Part shown: positions 48,785 through 58,460 of the stretch, one piece after another
How the letters are laid out: each line of letters begins with the position of its first letter
Position numbering within the stretch: the first letter of the stretch is position 1
DNA from: Nitrososphaerota archaeon
GTDB taxonomy: Archaea; Thermoproteota; Nitrososphaeria; Nitrososphaerales; Nitrosopumilaceae
Direction: 5' to 3'
Length of the DNA stretch: 64,000 nucleotides
Assembly: GCA_028867755.1 (NCBI GenBank)
Contig: JAGWFT010000002.1
Span: forward strand, 1 to 64,000
Program-made: the position numbers and the translations under genes
The notes under the pieces: model-generated
The model's input: only the letters and a program-made list of their open reading frames with translations
Database searches by the model: none
Told to the model about the DNA's origin: nothing

Positions 48785-50086
48785 ATGTCAACAATTGCTC
48801 CACAGTTTAGACTAAGCAGATTCATCGCTTCATTATTTGATATCATCTTTTGGGTTCTTCTGATATTCTCACTAGTCGGACTTCCAATCGTCTTTATCAT
48901 ATTATTTTACATCAAAATGCCAATTGTCAATCACCAATTGTTGACACCATATCTAGCCATGACATGGATGGCTGATCCATCGCGTACATTACCTATAATC
49001 AAGACGCTACTTCATACAACGTTCTTCCATGTTGTTGCATTTCCTGGATTCGGATTTGCGGCACTTCTTGCAGCAGCCACAATCTTCGTTGAACGAAAAT
49101 TCTTAGCCAAAATTCAGCTTCGGGTCGGTCCACTTTACTGTGGTAAAATCGAGGGCATACTTCAGCTGATGGGTGACGGTCTGAAATTGATCTCAAAAGA
49201 AATTATAATTCCAGCAAAGGCCGATAAACCAATCTTCTGGGTTGGACCATTGTTATTTGTTGGCACTGCTGGTGCTTTTGTCTCTCTAATCCCAGTTGCG
49301 CCTGGATGGGTTGTTGCAAATCCTAATGTGGGGTTGCTTGCAGTCTTTGCCACAATTGGCTTCTTTCCAATAATATCAGTTCTCTCTGCTTGGGCTGCAA
49401 ATAACAAGTGGACATTCATTGGCGGCCTAAGGGCACTACACCAAATGATTGCATTTGAAATCCCATTGATTTTGTCTTTGCTCAGTATTGTTATTATGAC
49501 AGGAACACTGAATCTTTCACAAATCGTTGAATCGCAACAGCACTATTGGTGGATTGTCTTTGCTCCTGTTAGCGCCATTGTATTTTTCATTTGTATAATT
49601 GCGGAACTTGAGAGAGTACCGTTTGATCTTCCAGAAGCAGAAAGTGAGATTGTAGCAGGATGGCTAACTGAATTCTCAGGCATGATGTATGGGCTCATTC
49701 AACTTGGAACTTATCTGAAACTCTATGCATTTGCTGGATTATTTACTGTGTTATTCCTTGGTGGGTGGAACGGACCAATGGTTTGGCCTGCCTTTCCAGC
49801 AGATATAGTGACTCAAGGAATTACTATAGGACCAATAACAGCAAAGATAGCAGGTCTTCCCTTATTTGATCAAGACATGCTCAACGGAACTTTATGGTTT
49901 GTAATAAAAACTGTTGGAGTTATACTTTTGATTCTTTTGCCACGTGGTGTATTTCCAAGAATAAGAATAGACATGTTATTGCACACTGGCTGGTACAAAC
50001 TGATAGGTTTGTCTTTCATTAACATCTTTATAGCTCTTGGATTGTTATACGCAGGTGTCTTGGGGCCTGGAGGATTAATTCAATGA
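48785..50086 (+). CDS. nuoH: Complex I subunit H
   Basis: ERKF..IQLRVGP, DGLKLISKE and ERVPFDLPEAESE. Confidence 0.95.
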   Translation: MSTIAPQFRLSRFIASLFDIIFWVLLIFSLVGLPIVFIILFYIKMPIVNHQLLTPYLAMTWMADPSRTLPIIKTLLHTTFFHVVAFPGFGFAALLAAATIFVERKFLAKIQLRVGPLYCGKIEGILQLMGDGLKLISKEIIIPAKADKPIFWVGPLLFVGTAGAFVSLIPVAPGWVVANPNVGLLAVFATIGFFPIISVLSAWAANNKWTFIGGLRALHQMIAFEIPLILSLLSIVIMTGTLNLSQIVESQQHYWWIVFAPVSAIVFFICIIAELERVPFDLPEAESEIVAGWLTEFSGMMYGLIQLGTYLKLYAFAGLFTVLFLGGWNGPMVWPAFPADIVTQGITIGPITAKIAGLPLFDQDMLNGTLWFVIKTVGVILLILLPRGVFPRIRIDMLLHTGWYKLIGLSFINIFIALGLLYAGVLGPGGLIQ

Positions 50087-50580
50087 GCACTGCTGGCGGA
50101 ATTATAAGAGCACTGAATTCGGGAATAAAACATCTTGCAGTTAGAAGATTTACGCTACGCTATCCTGAACAAAAGCTAAAATTTGTTGGAGATGGTTTCC
50201 AATTTAATCCAGAGACAGGAGTAGGAATAGCTGGGCTGCGAGGTCGACATATACTATATCATGATCATTGTACAGGTTGTCAACTTTGTGCTGTGGCATG
50301 TGAAGGTATAGCAGAGGCCATCGGCATGGTCAAGGTAAACGAGACATGGAAACAAAATAAGAAAGCAATAATGCCACAGATAGATTATGGTAAATGTGTA
50401 TTCTGTGGTCTATGTGTAGATGCATGTCCATTCTATGCATTATACATGACAAATGACTATGAGCTTTCTTCCTTTACTAAATCTGCTTTAATTTATACCC
50501 CTGCTCAGCTTGCTGTCAAGCCGAAGATCTCACAGGATGTAGAAATAAAAATCGATGACAGGGGTGCAACACATGGTTGA
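50083..50580 (+). CDS. nuoI: Complex I subunit I
   Basis: CTGCQLCAVAC and CVFCGLCVDACP. Confidence 0.95.
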   Translation: MSTAGGIIRALNSGIKHLAVRRFTLRYPEQKLKFVGDGFQFNPETGVGIAGLRGRHILYHDHCTGCQLCAVACEGIAEAIGMVKVNETWKQNKKAIMPQIDYGKCVFCGLCVDACPFYALYMTNDYELSSFTKSALIYTPAQLAVKPKISQDVEIKIDDRGATHG

Positions 50581-51085
50581 TACAGTATTCTTAGCCCTCT
50601 CTGTTTTAACAATTGGTAGTGCTATAGTCGCACTTGAGATTCGCTCACTGATTTATGGTTCAATAGCATTAATGATAACATTATCTGGCATAGCTGGATT
50701 TTTCTTGTTACTGGATGCACCTTTTGTAGCAATGTTCCAACTTTCAGTTTATGTTGGTTCTATTGCAGTACTTATTCTGTTTACTGTAATGTTGGTAAGA
50801 CGCGAGCTGATATTCAACAAGATAGAAGATAAGCGAAGAAGATATGCAGGAATAGGGCTAATGCTTGCGCTAATGCTTGGCATTGGCATGATAATTATTG
50901 GTTCTGGTATGAAGTCTATGGAGACAAACTCTCCAACAGTAGACTACAAGAAAATAGGTGCAGACTTTCTCACATATTATTCACCAGCTCTTATAGTAAT
51001 GGCACTGATTCTAGCCTCATCGGTAGTTGGTGCTCTAACTTTGGCAAGAAGGGAGGATATAACAAATGACCAACGGGCTGATTGA
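50573..51085 (+). CDS. nuoJ: Complex I subunit J
   Basis: LDAPFVAMFQLSVYVGSIAVL. ATG at 50573 preferred over 50555. Confidence 0.9.
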   Translation: MVDTVFLALSVLTIGSAIVALEIRSLIYGSIALMITLSGIAGFFLLLDAPFVAMFQLSVYVGSIAVLILFTVMLVRRELIFNKIEDKRRRYAGIGLMLALMLGIGMIIIGSGMKSMETNSPTVDYKKIGADFLTYYSPALIVMALILASSVVGALTLARREDITNDQRAD

Positions 51086-51371
51086 TTTTGTTCTAGTTTC
51101 AGTGGCTCTTTTGGCCATTGGGATTTATGGATTAGCAGTAAAGAGAAACGCAATCAGGATGCTATTTGGGGTAGAAATGATAATCAATTCTGCAAATCTA
51201 AATCTAGTAGCATTTGCAAGATTTATTCCAAACAGTCAAGGACAAACATTGGCTCTTTTTTCAATTGCAATTGCTGCCGCAGAAGTTGCAGTAGGACTTG
51301 CACTAGTTATTGTAGCATATAGAATGTATCAGAATATTGATATCAAGGACTTTAGGAGCCTGAAAGGATGA
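51066..51371 (+). CDS. nuoK: Complex I subunit K
   Basis: EMIINSANLNL and AAAEVAVGLAL. Confidence 0.93.
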   Translation: MTNGLIDFVLVSVALLAIGIYGLAVKRNAIRMLFGVEMIINSANLNLVAFARFIPNSQGQTLALFSIAIAAAEVAVGLALVIVAYRMYQNIDIKDFRSLKG

Positions 51372-52930
51372 TGCAATACGTCTTACTTCAGGCAATTTTT
51401 CTGCCACTGTTATTGTCACCAGTAGCATATTTCCTTGGAAGAAAATCAGGACCTAATGCTGCAACTTGGTTTAGTTTTGGAATATTGGCTTATTGTACTG
51501 CAATAATCATACTAGCGTCAATGTCTGGAACATATGAAGAACACTATCAGTGGACTCAGCAATTTGGAGAGTTTGGTCTAATGTTAGATGGTCTAGCATC
51601 GCCATTTGCAATAATAATTTATGTCATTTCTACAGTAGTTGTACTATTTTCAAAACCATACATGGTTGCTAAGATCACAGCACAGTATGAGGAAAAAATG
51701 GGTGCTCAAAAACAAATGGTCGGTGATGGACCTACTGCAATGGTAGAATCATCATCAATGAAAAGCTATGTGAATAATCAGATAGGCGTTTACTTTGCAC
51801 TATATCTTGTCATGGCTATGGGTATGCTAGGATCTGTACTTGCAACCAATCTAATAGAATTCTATGTCTTTTTTGAGGTTATGTTGATTCCAGGATTTTT
51901 CATTATTGCATTCTGGGGCTATGAAGCAAAGAGAAGGGTTGCTCTACTGTTCTTCTTCTGGACTCACGTTGGAGCAGTAATTCTACTTCTTGGTTTTCTT
52001 ACAATAGGGTTCAATGCAGGCAGCTTCAACTATGCTGACATTCATGAACATGCAATATCGCATCGTCTTTTGGCGCTTGCTGCAGTGGCAATAATTGTAG
52101 GACTTGGCGTAAAGATGGCTGCATTTGTTGTGCATATATGGTTACCACATACGTATAGAGCAGCTCCGACACCACTTAATGCGTTATCGTCTGGAGCAAT
52201 GCTAGGTGTTGGTGCTTACGGTTTCTTCAGACTGATAGTAATGCTCTTGCCAGGAGAGTATGGTCATTTTGCTTTGTTTTTGAACCTGTGGGGAGTTGGA
52301 ACCATGATCTATGGTGGTGTGATGGCACTAGTTCAAGATGACATCAAAAAATTCTTTGCCTATTCAAGCATTAGTCAAATGGGATACATTCTATTTGGTA
52401 TAGGCTCTGCATCTGCTCTGGGTCTTTCTGGCTCTGAGATGTTATTTGTATCCCATAGTATAGGTAAAGTAATTCTCTTCATGATGGTTGGTGCAATTAT
52501 TCTTCAAGTAGGAACAAGAAGCATTACAAAGATGGGTGGACTTGCAGGAAAAATGCCAATCACTGCAACCTGTGCAATGATTGGAGTGCTTACCATAGTT
52601 GGAGTTCCTCCAACAAGTGGATTTATGGCTGAATGGACCATGTTTAATGGTGCACTACAAACAGCAATTCAAGAGGGATCTACAATCAGAATGATTTCAT
52701 TTGCTCTTGGACTGATTGCGACTGTTATTACTATGGCATATTCTTTGTGGATGATAAAAAGAGTCTTCCTTGGAAAACTTCCACAACATCTTGAAAATAC
52801 TAAAGAAGCAAACTGGTACGTAACAGGCCCAATGATGGTATTAGCAGGATTTACAGTTGTTATTGGAATAGATCCGGATATTTTCTTTAATCAAATAATT
52901 CCTTTCATGAAAGGATTGGTGGGAGTTTAG
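51368..52930 (+). CDS. nuoM: Complex I subunit M
   Basis: FYVFFEVMLIP, VKMAAFVVHIWLPH, KKFFAYSSISQMG and PPTSGF.AE. Confidence 0.9.
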   Translation: MMQYVLLQAIFLPLLLSPVAYFLGRKSGPNAATWFSFGILAYCTAIIILASMSGTYEEHYQWTQQFGEFGLMLDGLASPFAIIIYVISTVVVLFSKPYMVAKITAQYEEKMGAQKQMVGDGPTAMVESSSMKSYVNNQIGVYFALYLVMAMGMLGSVLATNLIEFYVFFEVMLIPGFFIIAFWGYEAKRRVALLFFFWTHVGAVILLLGFLTIGFNAGSFNYADIHEHAISHRLLALAAVAIIVGLGVKMAAFVVHIWLPHTYRAAPTPLNALSSGAMLGVGAYGFFRLIVMLLPGEYGHFALFLNLWGVGTMIYGGVMALVQDDIKKFFAYSSISQMGYILFGIGSASALGLSGSEMLFVSHSIGKVILFMMVGAIILQVGTRSITKMGGLAGKMPITATCAMIGVLTIVGVPPTSGFMAEWTMFNGALQTAIQEGSTIRMISFALGLIATVITMAYSLWMIKRVFLGKLPQHLENTKEANWYVTGPMMVLAGFTVVIGIDPDIFFNQIIPFMKGLVGV

Positions 52931-52933
52931 AGC

Positions 52934-55012
52934 ATGGATTTTAGTTCTCTTGGTTTTAGTGCTAGCGCATTAAATGTGTGGGCAATTTGGATATTGCCAT
53001 TTGTTGGCGCATTGGTAATACCTGCTGTAGCAAAAATCTCAAAAAAATCTCCAGGATATGTGGCAGTAGCATTTGCTCTGGTCAGTGCTCTTTCAGCTGC
53101 AACACTTCTTCCACTTGCATTACATAATCAAGAAATTCATAATCAAATTCCATGGATATCATCAATTGGACTAAAAGCTGGTATCTTGGCCGACCCATTG
53201 GCAGCATTGATGACCAACATAGTTGCCTGGATATCACTTCTGATTTTCATATATAGCACAGGTTACATGAAGGGCGACAAAGACCTGATGAGGTTCTTTT
53301 TCTGGATGTCGTTCTTCATTGGCTCCATGCAGCTAATTGTATTATCAGATAATTTCCTGCAGCTCTTCTTTGGTTGGGAGGGTGTGGGTCTTGCATCGTA
53401 TGCACTGGTAGGATTTTGGTATAAAGACAAAAAGAAGGATCATGTTGGAACAGAAGGACGTACCGTCCTTGGCCTGTTGGATTATTACTCTCCTACTCAA
53501 GCAGGAATGAAGGCATTCATCATGACCAAAGTTGGAGACATCATGATGTTGGCTGGAATGTTCCTAATCTTTGCATTTGCAGGAACGTTTGGATTTAAAG
53601 AATTGGCAGCAAATACAAGCTGGGCAACTGCAATGTCTTCTCAAAATTTGTTGATCCCAGCTGCAATCTTGTTATTTGGAGGAGCTATAGGCAAGTCAGC
53701 ACAATTTCCACTAAATGAGTGGTTACTGGAGGCAATGACTGGTCCTACTCCAGTTTCTGCACTCATTCATGCAGCCACAATGGTAAAGGCTGGTGTATTT
53801 TTGGTTGCAAGATTAGGCCCATTATTCTTTGCCTTGGCTGCAGCTGGTCTAAACATGGATCAGTTCTTTGAAGTGGTGGCTTGGGTTGGAGCAATCACTG
53901 CATTCTTGTTAGCTACTCAAGGAATGGTTCACACAGAAATAAAGAAAGTACTTGCATATTCAACAGGTTCGCAGATTGGTTACATGATGATGGCACTTGG
54001 CATAGCTGGACTTTCAAGGCAATTTGTCGATGGTTATACTGCAGGTTTCTTCCATCTGATATCACATGCAATGTTCAAAGCTTCATTATTCATGGCAGCA
54101 GGCTCATTACTGCATATAGTTGGATCTAGGTTTATGACTGACATGGGAGGACTACGAAAAGTCATGTCAAAGACATATGTCTTCATGTGGATAGCAGGAC
54201 TTGGATTGATGGGCGCTCCATTTATCACAACAGGCTTTTGGAGCAAGGATGCTATTTTTGGAGCTGTTTACCAGTCAGGCAACACTTGGGCTCTGCCAAT
54301 ATTTATCATGGCAGTGATCACTGCAGTGATGACTACATTCTATACAACTAGGATGATTGGTATGGTCTTCTTTGGTAACAAGAGTAAACATGTTGAACAT
54401 TTGGAAAAAGAGGGTTATCACATACACGAAGCAAGCCCAGTAATGTGGATTCCATATGGAATTCTGGCTGCCCTTACAATTGGAGTTGGTGTTCTAGGCT
54501 TGGCATTTGAACACAAAATACATGACATTTTCACTAATTATCTATCCTCAACATTTGGAATCCAGTCTCAAGTGGGAATGGTTGCTACAGAATCTCAACA
54601 ACTACTTGGAGGGTTCCTAACAGGCATTAATCCAATCGCACTAATCGCTTCTCTTTCAGCGTTCGCAATTGGCTTTGTGCTAGGGTACATTTTCTATATT
54701 GGAAGATTTGCAGATCCTACTAAATTTGTAAACTCAAATATTTTCTTTTATGCAATACACAAGTTTTTCCTTAACAGATGGTATCTTGATGCATTAATCA
54801 ACTGGACATTTGTTGTAGGTCCACTGTATGTAGCACGAGGAATTTATCGATACTTTGAGGATAGAGTCATGGAAGGCTTTAACCTAGTGCCAGAAAAAAC
54901 AATGGCTGGTGGAGCAAGAATATTACAATCTACACAAACAGGAATATCTCAATCTTACTTGTATGTATTTGGTGCAGGAATATTGATAGTGGTACTACTG
55001 TTATTTATTTAG
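52934..55012 (+). CDS. nuoL: Complex I subunit L
   Basis: GWEGVG, KSAQFPL.EWL.EAMTGPTPVSALIHAATMV and HAMFKA. Confidence 0.95.
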   Translation: MDFSSLGFSASALNVWAIWILPFVGALVIPAVAKISKKSPGYVAVAFALVSALSAATLLPLALHNQEIHNQIPWISSIGLKAGILADPLAALMTNIVAWISLLIFIYSTGYMKGDKDLMRFFFWMSFFIGSMQLIVLSDNFLQLFFGWEGVGLASYALVGFWYKDKKKDHVGTEGRTVLGLLDYYSPTQAGMKAFIMTKVGDIMMLAGMFLIFAFAGTFGFKELAANTSWATAMSSQNLLIPAAILLFGGAIGKSAQFPLNEWLLEAMTGPTPVSALIHAATMVKAGVFLVARLGPLFFALAAAGLNMDQFFEVVAWVGAITAFLLATQGMVHTEIKKVLAYSTGSQIGYMMMALGIAGLSRQFVDGYTAGFFHLISHAMFKASLFMAAGSLLHIVGSRFMTDMGGLRKVMSKTYVFMWIAGLGLMGAPFITTGFWSKDAIFGAVYQSGNTWALPIFIMAVITAVMTTFYTTRMIGMVFFGNKSKHVEHLEKEGYHIHEASPVMWIPYGILAALTIGVGVLGLAFEHKIHDIFTNYLSSTFGIQSQVGMVATESQQLLGGFLTGINPIALIASLSAFAIGFVLGYIFYIGRFADPTKFVNSNIFFYAIHKFFLNRWYLDALINWTFVVGPLYVARGIYRYFEDRVMEGFNLVPEKTMAGGARILQSTQTGISQSYLYVFGAGILIVVLLLFI

Positions 55013-55022
55013 GTGAAAAAAT

Positions 55023-56510
55023 ATGATAGACTTTACCTCTACACCAATAATTCTAACTCTGATGCTGGGAGCAGTTGGAGTAATTATTCCAGTAATTAGT
55101 GCAGCACGAAAAGAGAAGAACGATTCGCTTTATGGTGGAATTGCGTTTAGTGCACTAGCGGCTGCAATTGGATTTGTTGTATATCAAATAATATCAAAGC
55201 ATGTTACACCTGCAGCAATTTTCTCAAAGGATGTTCTTGCAAATGATATGTTTGGATCTTTCTTTGCAATTGCAATGCTAATTGTTGGTATAATGACAAC
55301 AGTTGGTTCGTTTAATTACATGAGAGGACGATCAAATCCAGCTGTCTACTATTCTCTGATAGTATTATCATCAATAGGAATGGTGCTGATTGCATATTCA
55401 ACTGATCTAGTAATGTTGTTTGTCGCTTGGGAGTTGATGAGTATTCCAACTTATGTTCTTGCAGGATATCTCAAAAAGGATCCATCTTCTAACGAAGCAG
55501 CTATCAAATACTTCCTATTTGGCGCACTGTCTTCGGGAATAATAATCTGGGGCATCTCAATAGCGTATGGTATTACTGGTTCAACTAACATAGAACAAGT
55601 GATAGCTGGCTTTTCACATCTGAGTCCAGATATGACACCATTAGCCATACTTGCAGTTGGAATGTTTATCGCAGGATTTGGATTCAAAATTGGCCTAGTG
55701 CCTTTCCATATGTGGCTTCCAGATACGTATGAGGGAGCCCCACCAACAATCTCTGCGTTGCTTGCTGCAGGAACAAAAAAAGCTGGTTTTGCTGCAGCCT
55801 TACGTGTAATAATAATGGGCGCAATAGCCCTTAATCTCAACTGGTCACTTGCTCTTGCTGTAATAGCTATAGTCACTATGACCTTTGGAAACTTGGCAGC
55901 TATAAGGCAAAAAAATCTCTCAAGAATGCTTGCGTATTCTAGCATTGGCCATGCTGGGTACATTCTGATTGGTTTGAGCATTGCTCCATTTTCTGCAATT
56001 GGTATAGCAGCTGCACTATTTCATATTCTAAATCATGCAGTTATGAAGGCAGCAGCGTTTATAGCTGTAGCTGGAATAGTTGCAACATTATCAATATCTC
56101 ATATTGATAAGCTTCGTGGTCTTGGCAGGAGAATGCCAATTACTTCGCTTGGACTAGTTATATCGCTTTTAGCATTGGCAGGAGTCCCACCCCTCAATGG
56201 ATTTTGGAGTAAACTCATGCTATTTGGTTCTGCAATAAATGCTGGCTCAGCTATCCCATGGGCACCGTATCTGGCAGTAGCAGGTGTACTGAACAGTGCA
56301 TTATCTCTTGCATATTATGGTTGGATAATACGAAAAATGTACTTTGAAGAAGGTGAATCTGAAAAGAGAGTAAAAGAACCAAAATCAATAATAGCTGTAA
56401 TGATATTTTCGATAATCTTTATGGTTGGAATCGGAGTGTATCCAGATCCCTTTATTGCATTTGCAAAATCAGCTGTTCCAGTTCTAACAAATCTTTCTAC
56501 GATACATTAA
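55023..56510 (+). CDS. nuoN: Complex I subunit N
   Basis: EAAIKYFLFG, FKIGLVPFHMWLPDTYEGAP and RMLAYSSIGHAG. Confidence 0.95.
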   Translation: MIDFTSTPIILTLMLGAVGVIIPVISAARKEKNDSLYGGIAFSALAAAIGFVVYQIISKHVTPAAIFSKDVLANDMFGSFFAIAMLIVGIMTTVGSFNYMRGRSNPAVYYSLIVLSSIGMVLIAYSTDLVMLFVAWELMSIPTYVLAGYLKKDPSSNEAAIKYFLFGALSSGIIIWGISIAYGITGSTNIEQVIAGFSHLSPDMTPLAILAVGMFIAGFGFKIGLVPFHMWLPDTYEGAPPTISALLAAGTKKAGFAAALRVIIMGAIALNLNWSLALAVIAIVTMTFGNLAAIRQKNLSRMLAYSSIGHAGYILIGLSIAPFSAIGIAAALFHILNHAVMKAAAFIAVAGIVATLSISHIDKLRGLGRRMPITSLGLVISLLALAGVPPLNGFWSKLMLFGSAINAGSAIPWAPYLAVAGVLNSALSLAYYGWIIRKMYFEEGESEKRVKEPKSIIAVMIFSIIFMVGIGVYPDPFIAFAKSAVPVLTNLSTIH

Positions 56511-57351
56511 GCATAGTAAGATCTAGCAAACTTTCTAGTCTTCTTCTTGCTGGGCCGTCATTTATTTTCCTAAGTGCAGTTTTAGCTTTCTTTGAATAGC
56601 TATTTAGTAACATGTCCATGTGATCAAAAACATGACGCGGATCTGGACTTTTCTTAATCAAGATATTGAACAGTTTATCCTCGTTATTCCAATCTTGTAA
56701 ATCGTCACGAATCTGGTACGCAATTCCCATGTTTTTGCCATACTCGGCAAATGCCATTACCTGCTCCTCATTACCGCCTCCTAGAATGGCGCCAATCTTT
56801 GTTGCTGCCTCAAACGCAGTTGCAGTCTTGTATTCCATGACCTTGATATAGTCATCAAAGGTGATGTCTTCGCTTGTTTCCAATCTAGTCTCTATCATTT
56901 CTCCATCACTCATCATCATGGCTGTGTTGGCAAGTTCTCTTGATATTCTTGAATTGTCAAGTCGAGAAGATATGTTCAGGATTAAACCTAGAACAAAATC
57001 CCCCGTGATTATGCTCGTATTGTATCCATACTTGATATGGAATGGATCCTTTCGTCTCCTTAGAATTTCATTATCAATTATATCATCATGAATCACAGAC
57101 TCGGTATGCAACAGCTCAACTGCACATGCAGCAGTGAAAGCGTTTCCATCACATCTGCCAACGCTTTCAGCAGCTAAAATTAAGATGATAGGCCTTATTC
57201 TCTTTCCTCCCTCTAATGCATATTGTAGAGGCTCAAAAAATTCTGATGCAGAATAAAGTTCTAATTCTTTTTTGAGTGCTTGATCGATTGTATCGATATA
57301 ATTCTTGTAATCCTTGATTAATGGGTTGATCTCAAAGTTTTTTCTATCCAA
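56497..57351 (-). CDS. Polyprenyl diphosphate synthase (GGPP synthase family)
   Basis: GGKRIRP, HDDIID..RR, YKT and GIAYQIRDDLQD motifs. Confidence 0.93.
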   Translation of the reverse strand: MDRKNFEINPLIKDYKNYIDTIDQALKKELELYSASEFFEPLQYALEGGKRIRPIILILAAESVGRCDGNAFTAACAVELLHTESVIHDDIIDNEILRRRKDPFHIKYGYNTSIITGDFVLGLILNISSRLDNSRISRELANTAMMMSDGEMIETRLETSEDITFDDYIKVMEYKTATAFEAATKIGAILGGGNEEQVMAFAEYGKNMGIAYQIRDDLQDWNNEDKLFNILIKKSPDPRHVFDHMDMLLNSYSKKAKTALRKINDGPARRRLESLLDLTMLNVS

Positions 57352-57404
57352 AAATTTGCACTAACGTGCGTAACCAATGGTAAGGATATTAATGCTTTTG
57401 TAGG

Positions 57405-57495
57405 TGCTCCAGCCGGGATTTTCATCATATAGAATTTGAACCCGGGTCGGAGGATTGAAAGTCCCCCATGCTTGACCGGTCTACACCACTGGAGC
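57405..57495 (-). tRNA. tRNA-Glu(TTC) with a 16-nt T-loop intron (59/60; 57419-57434)
   Basis: Reverse complement GCTCCAG..., anticodon loop CT TTC AA, CCGGG TTCAAA[TTCTATATGATGAAAA]T CCCGG CTGGAGC A. Removing the intron gives 75 nt; a full bulge-helix-bulge is present. Confidence 0.92.
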
Positions 57496-57567
57496 CCGAC
57501 CTGCATCCTGTTTCCTGTCCATAAAATCCTTTTGGAGTCATTCAAAAGATTTTTTTAGTGCCGAATT

Positions 57568-58218
57568 TTGATAAATCGCATGAACTCCATCATTCAAAGA
57601 ATTGATAAAATTATTGAGGACCAAAGCCTTCTCAAACACAAATTCTATGTAATGTGGAACGAGGGAAAATTATCGCTCGAGTCCCTCAGTGGTTATTCTA
57701 AAGAATACTTTCAACTGGTAAAATCGGTTCCTTCCTTTGTAGGTGCAATAATGGAAAATAGCCAATCAAATCTCACAGGTACGATAGCTGCCAATCAAAA
57801 GGAGGAATATGAGCATATTGAACCGTGGACAAAATTTGCAGGTTCTTTGGGCATATCACGTGAAGAGATGCAGCATTATACTGGACTAGATAAAACAAGA
57901 AAAGCCGTATCAAATCTTTCTACCCTGATGAATTCATTTGAGGGTGGTGCTGCCGCCATGTATGCATTAGAACAAGAAATTCCAAAGATCAGCCTTTCAA
58001 AGATAGATGGTTTGAGGAAATTCTATGGTGTAACAGACGATGATGCAATTGAATATTTCAGAATTCATGCAGAGGCTGATATCAGACATGCAGCACTCTG
58101 GAGGAGAGTTCTTGAGAAATCCCAGGCAATCAAAGAAGATGACCTAGTTCAAATTGCCGGCGAATCGCTAGCAGCTCAAAATCTCTTACTTGATAGCTGC
58201 TATGAAGCGTATTGTTAA
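57568..58218 (+). CDS. CADD/PqqC-like heme-oxygenase-fold di-metal protein (putative pABA synthase)
   Basis: LLKHKFY..W..G.L, EE..H, YALE and H..AD.RH ligand pattern. Start may be Met at 57580. Confidence 0.75.
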   Translation: MINRMNSIIQRIDKIIEDQSLLKHKFYVMWNEGKLSLESLSGYSKEYFQLVKSVPSFVGAIMENSQSNLTGTIAANQKEEYEHIEPWTKFAGSLGISREEMQHYTGLDKTRKAVSNLSTLMNSFEGGAAAMYALEQEIPKISLSKIDGLRKFYGVTDDDAIEYFRIHAEADIRHAALWRRVLEKSQAIKEDDLVQIAGESLAAQNLLLDSCYEAYC

Positions 58219-58260
58219 CTCTATACCATTTTATACTGCATACCAAATTGTTCTGTCGTT

Positions 58261-58334
58261 GGGCCCATAACTCAGCTTGGTAGAGTAACCGGCTCATAAC
58301 CGGTGAGCCAAGGGATCGAAGCCCTTTGGGCCCA
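58261..58334 (+). tRNA. tRNA with CAT anticodon, most likely tRNA-Ile2 (elongator Met not excluded)
   Basis: GGGCCCA acceptor stem, ACCGG-CT CAT AA-CCGGT; lacks the initiator A1-U72 pair and the three G-C anticodon-stem pairs. Confidence 0.85.
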
Positions 58335-58460
58335 TCTATCTTAAATTTTGATTAGTCTAATAATTTCTATAATTATTATTTGGATCGTAAATGAAATTTT
58401 ATCTTGTAATGTTCCGCATGTCATAAAACCAATTTTAAAATAATCAGTTAACTATCTTGA

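Noticed and set aside
51368-55012. Complex I with a duplicated NuoM (2M type)
   Set aside because: Only one NuoM, one NuoL and one NuoN are present.
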